Of a DNA stretch of 64,000 bases, positions 9,932 through 20,425 are shown in pieces. Both the position numbers and the translations under genes were made by a program. The notes beneath the pieces are model-generated. The model did not search any database and was not told where the DNA came from. It worked only from the letters and a program-made list of their open reading frames with translations. The stretch's first letter is position 1. The number at the start of each line of letters is the position of its first letter. The stretch covers positions 320,001 to 384,000 of the forward strand of contig CAVSPA010000004.1 in the NCBI GenBank assembly GCA_963729715.1, given 5' to 3'. The DNA is from an uncultured delta proteobacterium. GTDB taxonomy: Bacteria; Desulfobacterota; Syntrophia; Syntrophales; UBA2185.

Positions 9932-11146
9932 TTAAATCAAGAATCGGCCAGCGGTCAGTGTATATATCTTTACCGCTTGAACCAGTTTTTCAATTACAAT
10001 ATTTTCATTCGGCTGGTGGGCAAGCTTGGGATCACCCGGGCCGCAAATAATCATCGGCGCCTTAAATGCCGGTGCGAGTGCAGTCGCGTCCGTATAGTAC
10101 TTGACGCCTTTTGGCGTAGGACGCTCCCCGAGCACCTCCCCGACAACACCGGCAAAGAGTCCAACAACAGCCTCTTTAGGCGATGTCTCAACAGGAGGGC
10201 GGTCATTCGTTACCTTTACCGATGCCCTGAAAGTCTGATTCCGTCGACTCAATCCCGCAATCATTTCCTTTATCCGCATGAGGATTGCTTCGTGACTCTG
10301 CCCCGGCACCGTACGCATGTCCACCGTCACCACACAGCCATCGGGAACTACATTCGTCTTCATGCCGCCTTGTATCGTGTTCACACTCATACTGAAGCCG
10401 CCCAGCATGGCATGTTCTTTAAACGGGATTTGCAGCTTCCGCAGTTCAGTTATAAGGTCTACCATCATCAGGACGGCATTTTCACCGAGCTCCGGCATCG
10501 CCCCGTGAGCAGTCTTTCCGTGGGTGCTCAACTCCAACCACAGAGCCCCTTTCTCCGCGATATAGATATCGTTGTCACTGGGTTCGGGTATAATCACCGC
10601 CTGAGCAGGCCCCAGTTCCGTCCGCGATGCAATGACAGTCGCGCCGAGCGAATCAACTTCTTCTCCGGCAGTGAGCGCGAGAATGAGATCTCCCCTCAAT
10701 TGCAACCCGGAGCGTGCCAGCTCTGTTGCTGCAACGATCAGAGCGGCCATCCCTCCTTTCATATCAGCGGCGCCCCGGCCCCATATCCTTCCTTCCGAAA
10801 TAACCGCGTCGAATGGTTCATGAATCCACTTTTCAACGCCTAACGGAACTGTGTCGAGATGTGCGCTATATAGGAGCGGTGGAATCTTGCGGCTGCCCTT
10901 TAGTACCGCAAGCAGACTCGCCCTCCCGGGATCGTGAGGGATGATTTCTACCTCCAAACCTGCCTTGACGAGGATCCCCCCCACGTATTCGGCGATCCGG
11001 AGTTCGTCTCCGGGAGGGTTTACACTTATGATTCTTATCAGCTCCTGACATAGAGCTACGACCTCTGCCTCTCGTATCGAGTCAACAACTTTTCTGATAT
11101 CCATGATCTTTTTCCTCTGAGGTATTGTGCGGTCATTCATAGGCAA
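9932..11146 (-). CDS. M20 family metallo-amidohydrolase (ArgE/DapE-like)
   Basis: HLDTVP, GRGAADMKGG, GEE, AHQPNE motifs. Confidence 0.9.
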   Translation of the reverse strand: MPMNDRTIPQRKKIMDIRKVVDSIREAEVVALCQELIRIISVNPPGDELRIAEYVGGILVKAGLEVEIIPHDPGRASLLAVLKGSRKIPPLLYSAHLDTVPLGVEKWIHEPFDAVISEGRIWGRGAADMKGGMAALIVAATELARSGLQLRGDLILALTAGEEVDSLGATVIASRTELGPAQAVIIPEPSDNDIYIAEKGALWLELSTHGKTAHGAMPELGENAVLMMVDLITELRKLQIPFKEHAMLGGFSMSVNTIQGGMKTNVVPDGCVVTVDMRTVPGQSHEAILMRIKEMIAGLSRRNQTFRASVKVTNDRPPVETSPKEAVVGLFAGVVGEVLGERPTPKGVKYYTDATALAPAFKAPMIICGPGDPKLAHQPNENIVIEKLVQAVKIYTLTAGRFLI

Positions 11147-11191
11147 TTGCGTTCATGGCCGCGCGGAGAATAGCATAAAAAAATTGAAAAT

Positions 11192-11240
11192 GGAAAAAGG
11201 ATCCGCAGTCCCTTTGCAACGAACCGCAAATCCTTTTTCC
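11192..11240 (-). terminator. Stem-loop/terminator after MFS gene
   Basis: GGAAAAAGGAT...ATCCTTTTTCC inverted repeat followed on the minus strand by T-rich run. Confidence 0.6.
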
Positions 11241-11293
11241 TGTTTGCCAATGAATCCCGGAGCCTTGTATTATCCTCCCGGTTTCACCGAATG

Positions 11294-12628
11294 TTATTTC
11301 TTCTCCATTGCGCCGCCTTTCTGCGACTCGAAGCTGCCGAAGTCGACGATCGATTGCTCTCTGAGGAAAGTGATCGCGATCGCGCCTACAAAGGCAAGCA
11401 TTGACCAGAACAGGAACACGTTGCCGAAATCGTATGTATTATCCGGAAGTGTAACAACCAGATATCCGGCAATCATGGGAGAAACAAAGGCGCCGAATTG
11501 TCCCACGCCATTCGATACACCAACAGCCCGGCCGACAAGTTCCTTGGGATAGCGCAGAGACGGGAAGGAATACATCATACCCCAGCACAGGTTGACAAAG
11601 AATCCGCCGACCGCCAACCCCAGCAGAAGCATATTAGTATCGCCCTTGGAAACATGCCCGATGAAATAAAGGGCCGGGATGCAACCGATGAAAGATATGA
11701 TCGTGACAACCTTGGGTCTGCCGTGAAACCATTTGTCTGCCATCCATCCGCCTATGTACATCGCAAAGAAGGCCACTACATAAGGCAGGGATGCATAAAA
11801 TCCCATGGTCTTCAGATTCATGCCGTGCTGCTTGACGAGGAAGGTGCTGATCCATGTGGTCATCCCCCAGTAAATCATCAACATGATTACGAGGCCGATT
11901 GTGTAAAGATAGAATTGAATATCCGTCGCATACATTTTGCTGCTGTATGTCTTTCCATGCTCACTTGATTGCACATCTATAGAAGATACGATCATGTCAT
12001 GCTCTTCTTTTGACACTTTCCCCATTTCAAACATCGCCTTTGGGGAATCGTGCACATATTTTTTCAGCAACCAGATGCACAGAAAACCCGGGACTGCCAG
12101 GATGAAGAATACGGGACGCCAGGCACCGTCGAAGAAGCCTGCCGCCAGTTGGGTAACAAGAATGGGAACTATGGCAGGGGCCACAGCCCATGTGGTTGAG
12201 AAGAATCCCGTCGCCCTTCCTTTTTCGCTCCGCGGGAACCAGTTTGCAATCATCCGCATGGAGGGCGCAAAATGCTGCCCTTCGCCGACGGCAAGGCTGA
12301 GACGGAGGATAATAAATTGCCAGAAATTCTGTACGACTCCCGTTATTCCCGTGACGATCGTGAAGACCCAGACGGCAACGTTCATCGTTTTCTTGGGACC
12401 GATCCTGTCCGCCAAGTACCCCGCGAGAAACTGGGCCAGAGAGTAGCCAAAGAAAAATATGGAACCCAGCCATCCGAGTTGAACGGCCGTCAACATAAGA
12501 TCCTTCTGGATGAACGGTAGGAATGTTAATACAGAAATCCGGTCAAAGTAATTAATAAGGTAAATAAACCAGATGATAATCAATATCACGTGGCGATATC
12601 CCCATGCCTTTTTTACACCGTTAGTCAT
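11294..12628 (-). CDS. MFS transporter, anion:cation symporter (ACS)-like
   Basis: INYFDR, GYLADRIGPK, NWFPRSEKGRA motifs; about 12 hydrophobic segments. Confidence 0.9.
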   Translation of the reverse strand: MTNGVKKAWGYRHVILIIIWFIYLINYFDRISVLTFLPFIQKDLMLTAVQLGWLGSIFFFGYSLAQFLAGYLADRIGPKKTMNVAVWVFTIVTGITGVVQNFWQFIILRLSLAVGEGQHFAPSMRMIANWFPRSEKGRATGFFSTTWAVAPAIVPILVTQLAAGFFDGAWRPVFFILAVPGFLCIWLLKKYVHDSPKAMFEMGKVSKEEHDMIVSSIDVQSSEHGKTYSSKMYATDIQFYLYTIGLVIMLMIYWGMTTWISTFLVKQHGMNLKTMGFYASLPYVVAFFAMYIGGWMADKWFHGRPKVVTIISFIGCIPALYFIGHVSKGDTNMLLLGLAVGGFFVNLCWGMMYSFPSLRYPKELVGRAVGVSNGVGQFGAFVSPMIAGYLVVTLPDNTYDFGNVFLFWSMLAFVGAIAITFLREQSIVDFGSFESQKGGAMEKK

Positions 12629-12852
12629 TATTGTTTATACCCCCTTTATTTTTTCTTTATCACCCCAACATAGCGACATGTGCAAGGATCATATCCGGCG
12701 CCCATCGATACAGCCGGCATTGCTACTCTGTATACGTTCACCTGATCTTATCAGCCCCGACATCCCCCCTCTCCCCTCAAGTATAATTTTAGCTGCAGTA
12801 ATTCCTAAAATTACCTGCCCTGCTCAATTCGTACAGGCATTAAGGGCAGACC

Positions 12853-14307
12853 TTATTCGTCGATCTTGGCGATCTTTTTCGCCATCTTCATTTTCTGGCC
12901 CAATTTTCCGAGCCGCTGATACATAATTCTCTGGCTCTGCGGCGAACCCGCGCCGTGCATGCTTTCCACGAGTGCAGTGCCACCGGTCATGTTCTCGAGG
13001 AGTCTCACGATCTTCATTCTTGTCTCCGTGGAAACGCCCTCGACGCCTTTCATATACTTTTCGACGTACTTGCCCACCACCGGACTCCTTAGATCCTTGT
13101 CGAAGGGAAGCGTCGCCATGATGCCCCCACCGATGTCATGAGCAAGCCTCGAGATATCGTAAATAAACCGGGTGATATTGTGCTTCGTGCAGTTTGCGAG
13201 GAGCGGATCAGGATAGTATGCCCCGCTTTTCGTTTTCGAACCCATTGCTGAACAGGCTACGGAGCCCGAATAAACGGTCTCCGCCAGATGCAGCATCTCG
13301 ACAAGCTTATCTTTGATATGTGACGCATCCAATGTTCCTTGATATTGCGCCGCGAGCGCGCTTGCGCCGATGACGATATCTGAAACGCCTCCCTTGCATC
13401 CTCCGTAATTCTGGCGATGCAAAGTGGCAAACCGCTCGACAAGCATTCCCGTAAAATCAATTTCACCGCACATGAAGACTCTCTCCCACGGAACAAATAC
13501 GTCTTCGAATACGACGAGCGCTTCCCCTCCGACCATTCCGAATTCACAATTGCCGGCATCTATACCGCATTCAAATTTCCTTTCTTCGTTGGTCTGACGG
13601 CCAAAGATCAAAGTAACACCCTTGGCGTCAAGAGGAATCGCGGCGACTATGGCATAAGCCTCGTCTCCTTCCCCCATGGCCTGAGTAGGCATGATCATAA
13701 TCTCGTGACTGTTGACGGCGCCCGTCTGATGCGCTTTGGCACCCCTTACCACCACGCCGTCCTTGCGTTTCTCAACGACGCGCGTGAATACGTCGGGATC
13801 TGCCTGCTGGCTGGGCCGCTTGGAGCGATCCCCTTTCGGATCGGTCATCCCGCCCACAAGCATAAAGTTTTCTTCCTGGATCTTCTTGAGGTATTCCACA
13901 AACCGTTCGAAATATTTCGTCTTGTGCTTCTCGTCGATTTCATACGTCGTCATGTAAAGCGAATTCAAGGCGTCAAATCCGACGCAGCGCTGAAAGCAGC
14001 TCGCAGTTTCGTGTGCAATAAGCCTCAGCATCTGAACCTTTTTTATCAGATCATCCACAGACTGATGGATATGCGTGAACCGGTTTATTTTTTTCCCCGT
14101 GACGTTGCTCGTAGCAGTTAAGAGGTCCTCGTTTTCCGGGAGCAGGGCCAGTTCATAGGTTTTTGCAGCAGAATTTATGTGGGGGACAAAAGCCGGAAAG
14201 GTTGTACGATCTTCAACCAACTCACCTTTATAATATATGACTACTTTTTGATCTTTGAGACTCTTTATATAATCTTCCTTAGTTCTAATCATCATTTCTT
14301 TCCTCAC
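12853..14307 (-). CDS. abfD: 4-hydroxybutyryl-CoA dehydratase (AbfD) family, FAD/[4Fe-4S]
   Basis: CFQRC, MTDPKGDRS, GGEAL, HRQNYGGCK, ESMHGAGSPQ motifs all present. Confidence 0.85.
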   Translation of the reverse strand: MRKEMMIRTKEDYIKSLKDQKVVIYYKGELVEDRTTFPAFVPHINSAAKTYELALLPENEDLLTATSNVTGKKINRFTHIHQSVDDLIKKVQMLRLIAHETASCFQRCVGFDALNSLYMTTYEIDEKHKTKYFERFVEYLKKIQEENFMLVGGMTDPKGDRSKRPSQQADPDVFTRVVEKRKDGVVVRGAKAHQTGAVNSHEIMIMPTQAMGEGDEAYAIVAAIPLDAKGVTLIFGRQTNEERKFECGIDAGNCEFGMVGGEALVVFEDVFVPWERVFMCGEIDFTGMLVERFATLHRQNYGGCKGGVSDIVIGASALAAQYQGTLDASHIKDKLVEMLHLAETVYSGSVACSAMGSKTKSGAYYPDPLLANCTKHNITRFIYDISRLAHDIGGGIMATLPFDKDLRSPVVGKYVEKYMKGVEGVSTETRMKIVRLLENMTGGTALVESMHGAGSPQSQRIMYQRLGKLGQKMKMAKKIAKIDE

Positions 14308-14644
14308 TTTCCAACAGAATTTTCACTAAATCCTTCGGAGATACTTTGTCATTCTTAATGGCTACGGTTTGCTTGTACTTACCGAAATCAACGCTCCGCA
14401 GCGGGCAGGCCGTCTCGCAGCCAACCACCAGCAAGACAGCATCGAATCTCTTGTCATCAAGTGTAACCCATTCTACATCAGGACCCGCCGCCGATTTTAT
14501 CTTCCCTACGTAAGCTACGCGGTCGTAACCCGGATTGCATCCTCCGCAATATTTCAACGCCACTTTCTTGATGCGTGTCTTAGCTCCGTTTTTCAGATTT
14601 CTCTTGTCCACAATGAGGCCATTGCCGGCCCGCCGCCTACGCAT
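14285..14644 (-). CDS. Small Cys-motif hypothetical protein (KYCGGCNP...GCETAC); start uncertain
   Basis: Fills the gap between thiolase and abfD, overlaps abfD start; four Cys in two motifs. Confidence 0.7.
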   Translation of the reverse strand: MRRRRAGNGLIVDKRNLKNGAKTRIKKVALKYCGGCNPGYDRVAYVGKIKSAAGPDVEWVTLDDKRFDAVLLVVGCETACPLRSVDFGKYKQTVAIKNDKVSPKDLVKILLESEERNDD

Positions 14645-15798
14645 AAGGAGGCTCCGCCGAGCGTCAAACCTAATCTCTCCATCTCATAATACATCGTAAC
14701 GATGATGCGGAGACCCGTGCTCCCCACAGGATGCCCGAGCGCGATGCCCGAACCGTTGTGATTGATCTTCTCAATATCGAGCACCATCCCGAAATCTTCC
14801 TTCAGCTTCCTCCCTGCACCCAGCCACTGCGCTGCAAAGGCCTCATGAAATTCCCAGTATTCGATGTCCTCGAATTTCATTCCCGCCTGCTTGAGACACT
14901 TGGGAGTGGCAACGGCAGGACCGAGACCCATAACCACCGGGTCTACTCCCTCGCCGCAGATATTGATCAGCTTCATGAGGGGCTTGATACCTAGTTCCGC
15001 CGCCTTTTCCTTAGACATGATTACCGCGGCGGAGGCACCATCATTGATGCCGGAGGCATTGGCGGCGGTGACGACACCGCCTTTCTTGAAAACCGTGGGC
15101 AGCTGAGCCATGGTTTCCATGCTGGCATTCCTTATGGGATGCTCGTCCGTAGCGAAGACCTTAACGCCTTTCCTGGTCTTTATCTCCACAGGAACGACCT
15201 CCCGATTAAACCTCCCCTCGTCAATCGCCTGGACAGCACGCGTATGACTCAACAAGGCATGTTCATCGCATTCCCTGCGCGTGAGCCCATATTTCTCCGC
15301 AACATTCTCTGCTGTCACACCCATGTGACCCGGAACAAGCTCATCTACTAAACCGTCATGCAGCATGCTGTCCTCAATAGTCCCCTGGCCCATGCGATAA
15401 CCCATCCTCGCCTTCGGTATCAGATACGGCGCATTTGTCATACTCTCGACACCCACGGCGAGGCCGACCTCCGTTTTCCCAAGCATGATATTGTGGCAGG
15501 CAATCTCCAACGCCCGCATCGCGGAAGTGCAGTTCTGATTAACAGTCACGGCGCCGCTTCTGTGTGGAAGACCTATCCTCATACCCACCTGCCTCGCAGG
15601 CAAAGACCCCTGCATTCCCGTATAAAGCTGGCCCATGCAGATCTCGTCTATGATGTCTGCAGAGATCCCCGCCCTCTCTATCGCCGCCTTCCCCGCCGTA
15701 ATCGCCAAATGACGGGCCGGCACATCCTTCAGCGCACCAAGAAAATCGCCGATCGCCGTCCTACACGCACTTACCATCACTACATCTTTCATTTTCAT
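14593..15798 (-). CDS. Thiolase (acetyl-CoA C-acyltransferase)
   Basis: NQNCTS catalytic Cys, HEAF, GHPVG, SLCVGGG. Confidence 0.95.
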   Translation of the reverse strand: MKMKDVVMVSACRTAIGDFLGALKDVPARHLAITAGKAAIERAGISADIIDEICMGQLYTGMQGSLPARQVGMRIGLPHRSGAVTVNQNCTSAMRALEIACHNIMLGKTEVGLAVGVESMTNAPYLIPKARMGYRMGQGTIEDSMLHDGLVDELVPGHMGVTAENVAEKYGLTRRECDEHALLSHTRAVQAIDEGRFNREVVPVEIKTRKGVKVFATDEHPIRNASMETMAQLPTVFKKGGVVTAANASGINDGASAAVIMSKEKAAELGIKPLMKLINICGEGVDPVVMGLGPAVATPKCLKQAGMKFEDIEYWEFHEAFAAQWLGAGRKLKEDFGMVLDIEKINHNGSGIALGHPVGSTGLRIIVTMYYEMERLGLTLGGASLCVGGGPAMASLWTREI

Positions 15799-15831
15799 TT
15801 TACTCCCTAACGTTAATTTATGCGTTAAATG

Positions 15832-16611
15832 TTAAACAATCGTATGGCCGCCATCGATGTAAATTTCCGTTCCCGTCATGAAGGAAGGGCAGGTGGCCAT
15901 GTAAAGCGCTGTTGACTGTAATTCATCCAACCGCCCTACCCGGTTCAAAGGAATCATCTTCTTGACAAGCCCCTTCCCCACGTCCGAATCGAAGAAATTA
16001 CGATTAAAGTCGGTCAGGATATATCCGGGACAGAGGGCATTGACCTGCACGTTATCGCGCATCAACTCCAGGGCCATCACCCTGGTTAATTGGATGACCG
16101 CAGCCTTGCTCGCACAATATCCCGCCATGTTGCGGGCGGAAATTTTTCCCAGAATAGAGGCAACATTGATAATCCTGCCGCTCTTTTGCTTCACCATTAC
16201 TTGTCCCACAGCTCTCGAAACCAGGAACGTTCCCCGAAAATCAACACCCATGACCTCATCCATATCCTCATCGGTCATTCTCAAAACAGGTTTTTCGCTT
16301 CCCGGAATTCCGGCGCTGTTTACGAGGATATCAATACGGCCAAATTCGGTGAAAATTTCCTGGATCACCCGGTCAACCGATTTCGAGTGGCGGACGTCCA
16401 TAGATTTACCGGCCGTCTTGACATCGAATTTCTTTTTTATTTTTTCCGCTGTCTCCTGGCATGCGGATAGATTTCGTGCAACCAATACGACATTTGCCCC
16501 CGCTTCGGCATAGGTTTCCGCGATCGCCAGACCTATCCCCCTGTATCCACCGGTAACAACGGCCGTCTTCCCATTTATAGAAAAAAGTCTTTCAACCAGG
16601 TCTTTCGTCAT
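15832..16611 (-). CDS. Short-chain dehydrogenase/reductase
   Basis: TGGYRGIG, NSAG, YCASK. Confidence 0.95.
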   Translation of the reverse strand: MTKDLVERLFSINGKTAVVTGGYRGIGLAIAETYAEAGANVVLVARNLSACQETAEKIKKKFDVKTAGKSMDVRHSKSVDRVIQEIFTEFGRIDILVNSAGIPGSEKPVLRMTDEDMDEVMGVDFRGTFLVSRAVGQVMVKQKSGRIINVASILGKISARNMAGYCASKAAVIQLTRVMALELMRDNVQVNALCPGYILTDFNRNFFDSDVGKGLVKKMIPLNRVGRLDELQSTALYMATCPSFMTGTEIYIDGGHTIV

Positions 16612-16677
16612 ATAGATATTGTCTCCTGTGCCTTTATAGTCTTAATCACTTCACTGCGTGCCAGTCCAACGGCAATA

Positions 16678-17550
16678 TCACCCGAACATCCTTTTGATCT
16701 TCGCATGCGAAGAATTCAGCATCTTGATGTAGTTCTCGAATGTAAGACCTTTCAATCCGCCTCCGGTGTAAAGCTTTAGGGAGTCCAGTGTCCGGATTAT
16801 ATCTGCCTCCTCCTTTGTCGGCGGCGGGGTCGTCTTCAAGTCGGGCGACACTCTCAGGTCCCATGAAACTTCCTTCCTTACCGCCTCAGCAGTTACTCCC
16901 GGATGCACGGAATCAAGGTAAGCCTCTTTCGTATTTTCATCAAATCTGAAGATCGCCATGTTCGAAATGATGACGGCGGGACCGCCTCCCGGATATCCGT
17001 ATTTCTCACGACAACCGGGACCATCCAGATAACCCGGCGAGGTAATAAAATCCACCTTCTCCAGGAAGCGGCGTTTCTGCTGGTTCATCATGATCAACGT
17101 TCTCTTGGCAGAAATCGCAATATCATTGGCACCGCCGCTTCCCGGTAGACGCGTCTTGGGCTTCTCATAAGTGCCGGCGCCAAATATCGCGGTACTGTTT
17201 AAGTTGCCGTATTTATCAACCTGCGCGCCGCCCAGCATGCCCATGTCGAAATATCCACGTTGCTGATCGGAGAATGCCCTCCACAGGGAAGTTACACAGA
17301 TTGCGTTTTCCCCACATGCATTGTCTCCTATTCCGAGCATCAAACGGTAAGGTGTCGGACCGATGCATCCCGACTCAACTGCCAGGATGACATCTGGTGC
17401 ATGCGTCAACTTGGCGACGAGCGCTCCCAGGCACGGTATGCCTACTCCAACGAAGACGACCTCCCTGTCCCTGATCTCTCTTCCGGCTGCGGCGACCAGC
17501 AATTCCTGAAGAGTATAATCCTCAGCATATTTCTTTTCAGTTGTGCTCAT
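16678..17550 (-). CDS. Family I CoA-transferase subunit B (glutaconate CoA-transferase-like)
   Basis: FVGVG, VESG catalytic Glu, GGAQVDKYGNLN, RLPGSGGAND. Confidence 0.9.
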   Translation of the reverse strand: MSTTEKKYAEDYTLQELLVAAAGREIRDREVVFVGVGIPCLGALVAKLTHAPDVILAVESGCIGPTPYRLMLGIGDNACGENAICVTSLWRAFSDQQRGYFDMGMLGGAQVDKYGNLNSTAIFGAGTYEKPKTRLPGSGGANDIAISAKRTLIMMNQQKRRFLEKVDFITSPGYLDGPGCREKYGYPGGGPAVIISNMAIFRFDENTKEAYLDSVHPGVTAEAVRKEVSWDLRVSPDLKTTPPPTKEEADIIRTLDSLKLYTGGGLKGLTFENYIKMLNSSHAKIKRMFG

Positions 17551-17599
17551 AAATCATTCCCTTCCCCTGTTCGGATATCTTCATTTATCGGATCTGAGC

Positions 17600-18550
17600 T
17601 CACAACGTGCTCTTGCAGAACTTGCGTTCAATCTGCGCCAGCTTCTTCAAACGGGCCCATCCTACCTTCTCGCAATATTCCTCATGGTCCTTACAACCGA
17701 ACGCCCACTCATCTATCCAGCTCTTGAAACCATCTGCCGTATCTATCTCGGCCATCATCTTCATGTGAAACGGTAAATCGTACGCATATGCATAGGGCAT
17801 GTTCCACGGATGGCTGCAAAACGGGAGCTCAACAACGGCGTCCACTACATACTGTGGTACGGTCGTAAGCGTGGGAGCCTTCTTGATCTCGTCGGTTGAG
17901 ACTATTTTCTCACATGTGACGATCGTCCTCGTCGCCGCCCTGGCGATGTTTTCCGCATTTGATGAAAAACCGATGAACTGAGTATTCCCCAATAGGTCGG
18001 CCCTGTTCGCGTGCACGATTGCTACATCCGGCCTTGCGGCAGGCACCAGCGCGACTTTCTTGCCCTCGTAAGGGTCATCTATGACCTTGATCATATCGTT
18101 GTACTTTCCAACGGAGGTCCCCGCGAGGGATTTCGTCACCATGAAGGGAAGACCCATGGCGCCGGCCAGGAATCTGAGGCCCATGGTATAGTTCGAAAAT
18201 TCCCGCACCTCTATTTTATGAGGGAGACCCTCTTCCACTGCGCGCCTGTAATTCGGGCTTACACCCGCCACTGCAAAGGCGAGCCAGGCAACCTCGATTC
18301 TGTTTATCTGGCCCGTGCCAACAAGGTAATCACCGACCTCGCAGGGACTGTCTCCCATCAGTGTTAAATTCATCTGCCCCTGCCTCACGATCTCATAGGT
18401 TGGGGCGACAACCTGCTCCCCGCCCATGCCGCTGAAGGCGATTGAACATCCGTCAAATACGTACTTGGATATTGCCTCCTTAAGAGTCGTCCGCTTGTCC
18501 AATGATTTCTTCGTATCCTCTTCTTTCATCAGTGATACTCCCTCTTTCAT
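17600..18550 (-). CDS. Family I CoA-transferase subunit A
   Basis: RFLAGAMGLPF, PDVAIVHANRADLLGN motifs; adjacent to subunit B. Confidence 0.9.
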   Translation of the reverse strand: MKEGVSLMKEEDTKKSLDKRTTLKEAISKYVFDGCSIAFSGMGGEQVVAPTYEIVRQGQMNLTLMGDSPCEVGDYLVGTGQINRIEVAWLAFAVAGVSPNYRRAVEEGLPHKIEVREFSNYTMGLRFLAGAMGLPFMVTKSLAGTSVGKYNDMIKVIDDPYEGKKVALVPAARPDVAIVHANRADLLGNTQFIGFSSNAENIARAATRTIVTCEKIVSTDEIKKAPTLTTVPQYVVDAVVELPFCSHPWNMPYAYAYDLPFHMKMMAEIDTADGFKSWIDEWAFGCKDHEEYCEKVGWARLKKLAQIERKFCKSTL

Positions 18551-18577
18551 TTTATTCTGCCACTAATGCCAGCATTC

Positions 18578-20095
18578 TCATTTTTTCAGTTGTTGCCCAT
18601 CATTACTCGCCAAACTTGTCCCGAAGGTCGGCTCCAACCCCAGCGCCCTCGAATCATCGAATGTCTCATCAATGCCAGACAGGTATCTCCCGAGGCGCTT
18701 TTTCTCATCGAAATCATAATCCAGGTTAAGGGCAATCGTTTCCATGATGGGAGATCCTCCGCCATGCACGCCTGCAATTTCATACCAAGACGACATGGGT
18801 GATGCGCCGATGTTCTCAACAAATTTCCAGATTTTGAGAGATATTTCCGGAGAAAGTTTTGGATTTCTTACAATAAACTTATCAAGATATTTCTTCGTAC
18901 TTTCCGCATGGAAATCTTCTTCAAAAGGCAGCGTAACTGCAATGCCGCCGGCGATTTCCGTCAGCAGGTTATATTCGTGATAGATCAGTTCCCCCGTGAG
19001 TCTCCGGCCGACATTGGCGTAAATCTTGTTCGGGAAGAAAACGCCGCTCGATGTTTTTTCCCCGTAGATGGCGGAAGCCACGCCTGCCGCATAGGCAAGT
19101 TCGGCAGCACCGGCATAATTCGAAAGCTTCTCGCGAATGTGGGATATTTTTTGAATATTGTTTGCCTCCGCCGCGAGCATGGCGGCGCCGCAAAGCACGT
19201 CAGACATGCCGGGCTTGCAGCCGCTGTAGCTGTGGCGGTGGGAGTCCGCAAAGAGAAGGGCAAGCCGGCGCCCAAATTCCCATTCCCGGCACATAAAGAC
19301 CCTTTCTTTGGGAACGAATACATTGTCGAAAACTACAACTGAATCCGATACCCCGTATTTGCAGAAGGGCGCTGCGGCAGGGTCGTCCTTCTCGCGCAGC
19401 CACACAGGGCGTGTTATCAATGTGATCCCATCCCAATCCGCAGGGAGTGCAAAGGCCACGGCAAAGTCGCGGTCGTCTTCCATCAATGCTCTCGTGGGCA
19501 GCACGAATATCTCATCGGCATAGGCCACCTGAGTAATGGACATCTTGACACCGCTCACTACAATCCCGTCCTTACGTTCTTCCACGATGTGAACATATGC
19601 ATCAGGGTTTGGCTGTTCGCTCGGCCGTTTCGTGCGGTCTCCCTTGCTGTCTGTCTGCGCACAGCAGCCATCGCCATCCTTCATCTGGTATAGCCGAAGG
19701 TAGGTCATAAACCTTCTATAATAGTCTGTTCCCTTGGCCTCATCTATTTCTTTCGTGCAGATTGCCAATGCGCTGATAGCATCGTGTCCCATGCATCTCT
19801 GTATGCAGCCTCCGACCCGGCGTGCAACACAGCGGATCATTTTTTGTTTCTGCAAGAGATCGTAGGGATTCTGAGGCAAATGGGACCATCGGTTTATCTC
19901 CTCGCCGGTTATGGATGACATCGCTGTTATCAACCCTTGCCATTTCGACTCCCGTGCGAGATCGAAAGTTACATCGAGAACATTAATGCCTGGCCGGAGG
20001 CGATGGTCATCTCTGCCAACCTTTTCACCGCCTATGAATACGTTCGTTTTCATTTTGAAGAGATCTTCATGGTATTGCTCTTTAGTCCTCAGCAC
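18578..20095 (-). CDS. Divergent AbfD/HpaB-family flavoprotein retaining Fe-S ligands
   Basis: CIQRC, QTDSKGDR, HRHSYSGCK, VHGGGSP. Confidence 0.85.
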   Translation of the reverse strand: MLRTKEQYHEDLFKMKTNVFIGGEKVGRDDHRLRPGINVLDVTFDLARESKWQGLITAMSSITGEEINRWSHLPQNPYDLLQKQKMIRCVARRVGGCIQRCMGHDAISALAICTKEIDEAKGTDYYRRFMTYLRLYQMKDGDGCCAQTDSKGDRTKRPSEQPNPDAYVHIVEERKDGIVVSGVKMSITQVAYADEIFVLPTRALMEDDRDFAVAFALPADWDGITLITRPVWLREKDDPAAAPFCKYGVSDSVVVFDNVFVPKERVFMCREWEFGRRLALLFADSHRHSYSGCKPGMSDVLCGAAMLAAEANNIQKISHIREKLSNYAGAAELAYAAGVASAIYGEKTSSGVFFPNKIYANVGRRLTGELIYHEYNLLTEIAGGIAVTLPFEEDFHAESTKKYLDKFIVRNPKLSPEISLKIWKFVENIGASPMSSWYEIAGVHGGGSPIMETIALNLDYDFDEKKRLGRYLSGIDETFDDSRALGLEPTFGTSLASNDGQQLKK

Positions 20096-20164
20096 TGTTT
20101 GACTCCTTTTCTTTTCAATTTTAAGCCGATACTCTTTTTGCCGGTATAGCTTTCAGTACGATGA

Positions 20165-20180
20165 AGCAGACGCTGTGCCA
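20165..20180 (-). promoter_or_regulatory. Sigma54 -24/-12 promoter of the catabolic operon
   Basis: Minus strand TGGCACAGCGTCTGCT (GG-N10-GC), 70 bp upstream of the GTG at 20095; activator gene divergent. Confidence 0.8.
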
Positions 20181-20280
20181 CTCTGAAATACATTACCGAA
20201 TGAAGAGACGAACCATGCGTAATCATAGTGTATTATTAAAATAATCTTGCAATTATCAGTGAATCATGCTTTGATTTTAC

Positions 20281-20336
20281 TGTCCCATTATAGGCCACCT
20301 GGGACATTTCGGGACACAATGAGACACCGTGAGACA
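20281..20336. promoter_or_regulatory. Putative enhancer (UAS) for the sigma54 activator
   Basis: G(G/A)GACA at 20301, 20311, 20321 and 20331 (exact 10-bp period) plus inverted TGTCCC at 20281. Confidence 0.65.
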
Positions 20337-20425
20337 TTTGCATCTATCTTCAACTGACGAACGTTTCCCGGGCGGAGCTGCTCTCCCAAAGAGAAAACCA
20401 AAGAACGAGCAAGAGGAAAATATGT

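Noticed and set aside
9911..10843. 310-aa plus-strand ORF and the many similar antisense ORFs
   Set aside because: Shadow ORFs opposite well-supported genes, with no motifs
9932..11146. M20 peptidase as firm member of the AbfD operon
   Set aside because: A terminator-like stem-loop separates it from the MFS gene; linkage is uncertain
12853..20095. 4-hydroxyphenylacetate 3-monooxygenase (HpaB) call for the two flavoproteins
   Set aside because: Both keep the Fe-S ligand motifs of AbfD, the context is CoA-dependent, and no HpaC-like reductase is adjacent
20281..20340. CRISPR-like or iteron repeats
   Set aside because: Only 6-bp units at 10-bp period; better explained as activator sites
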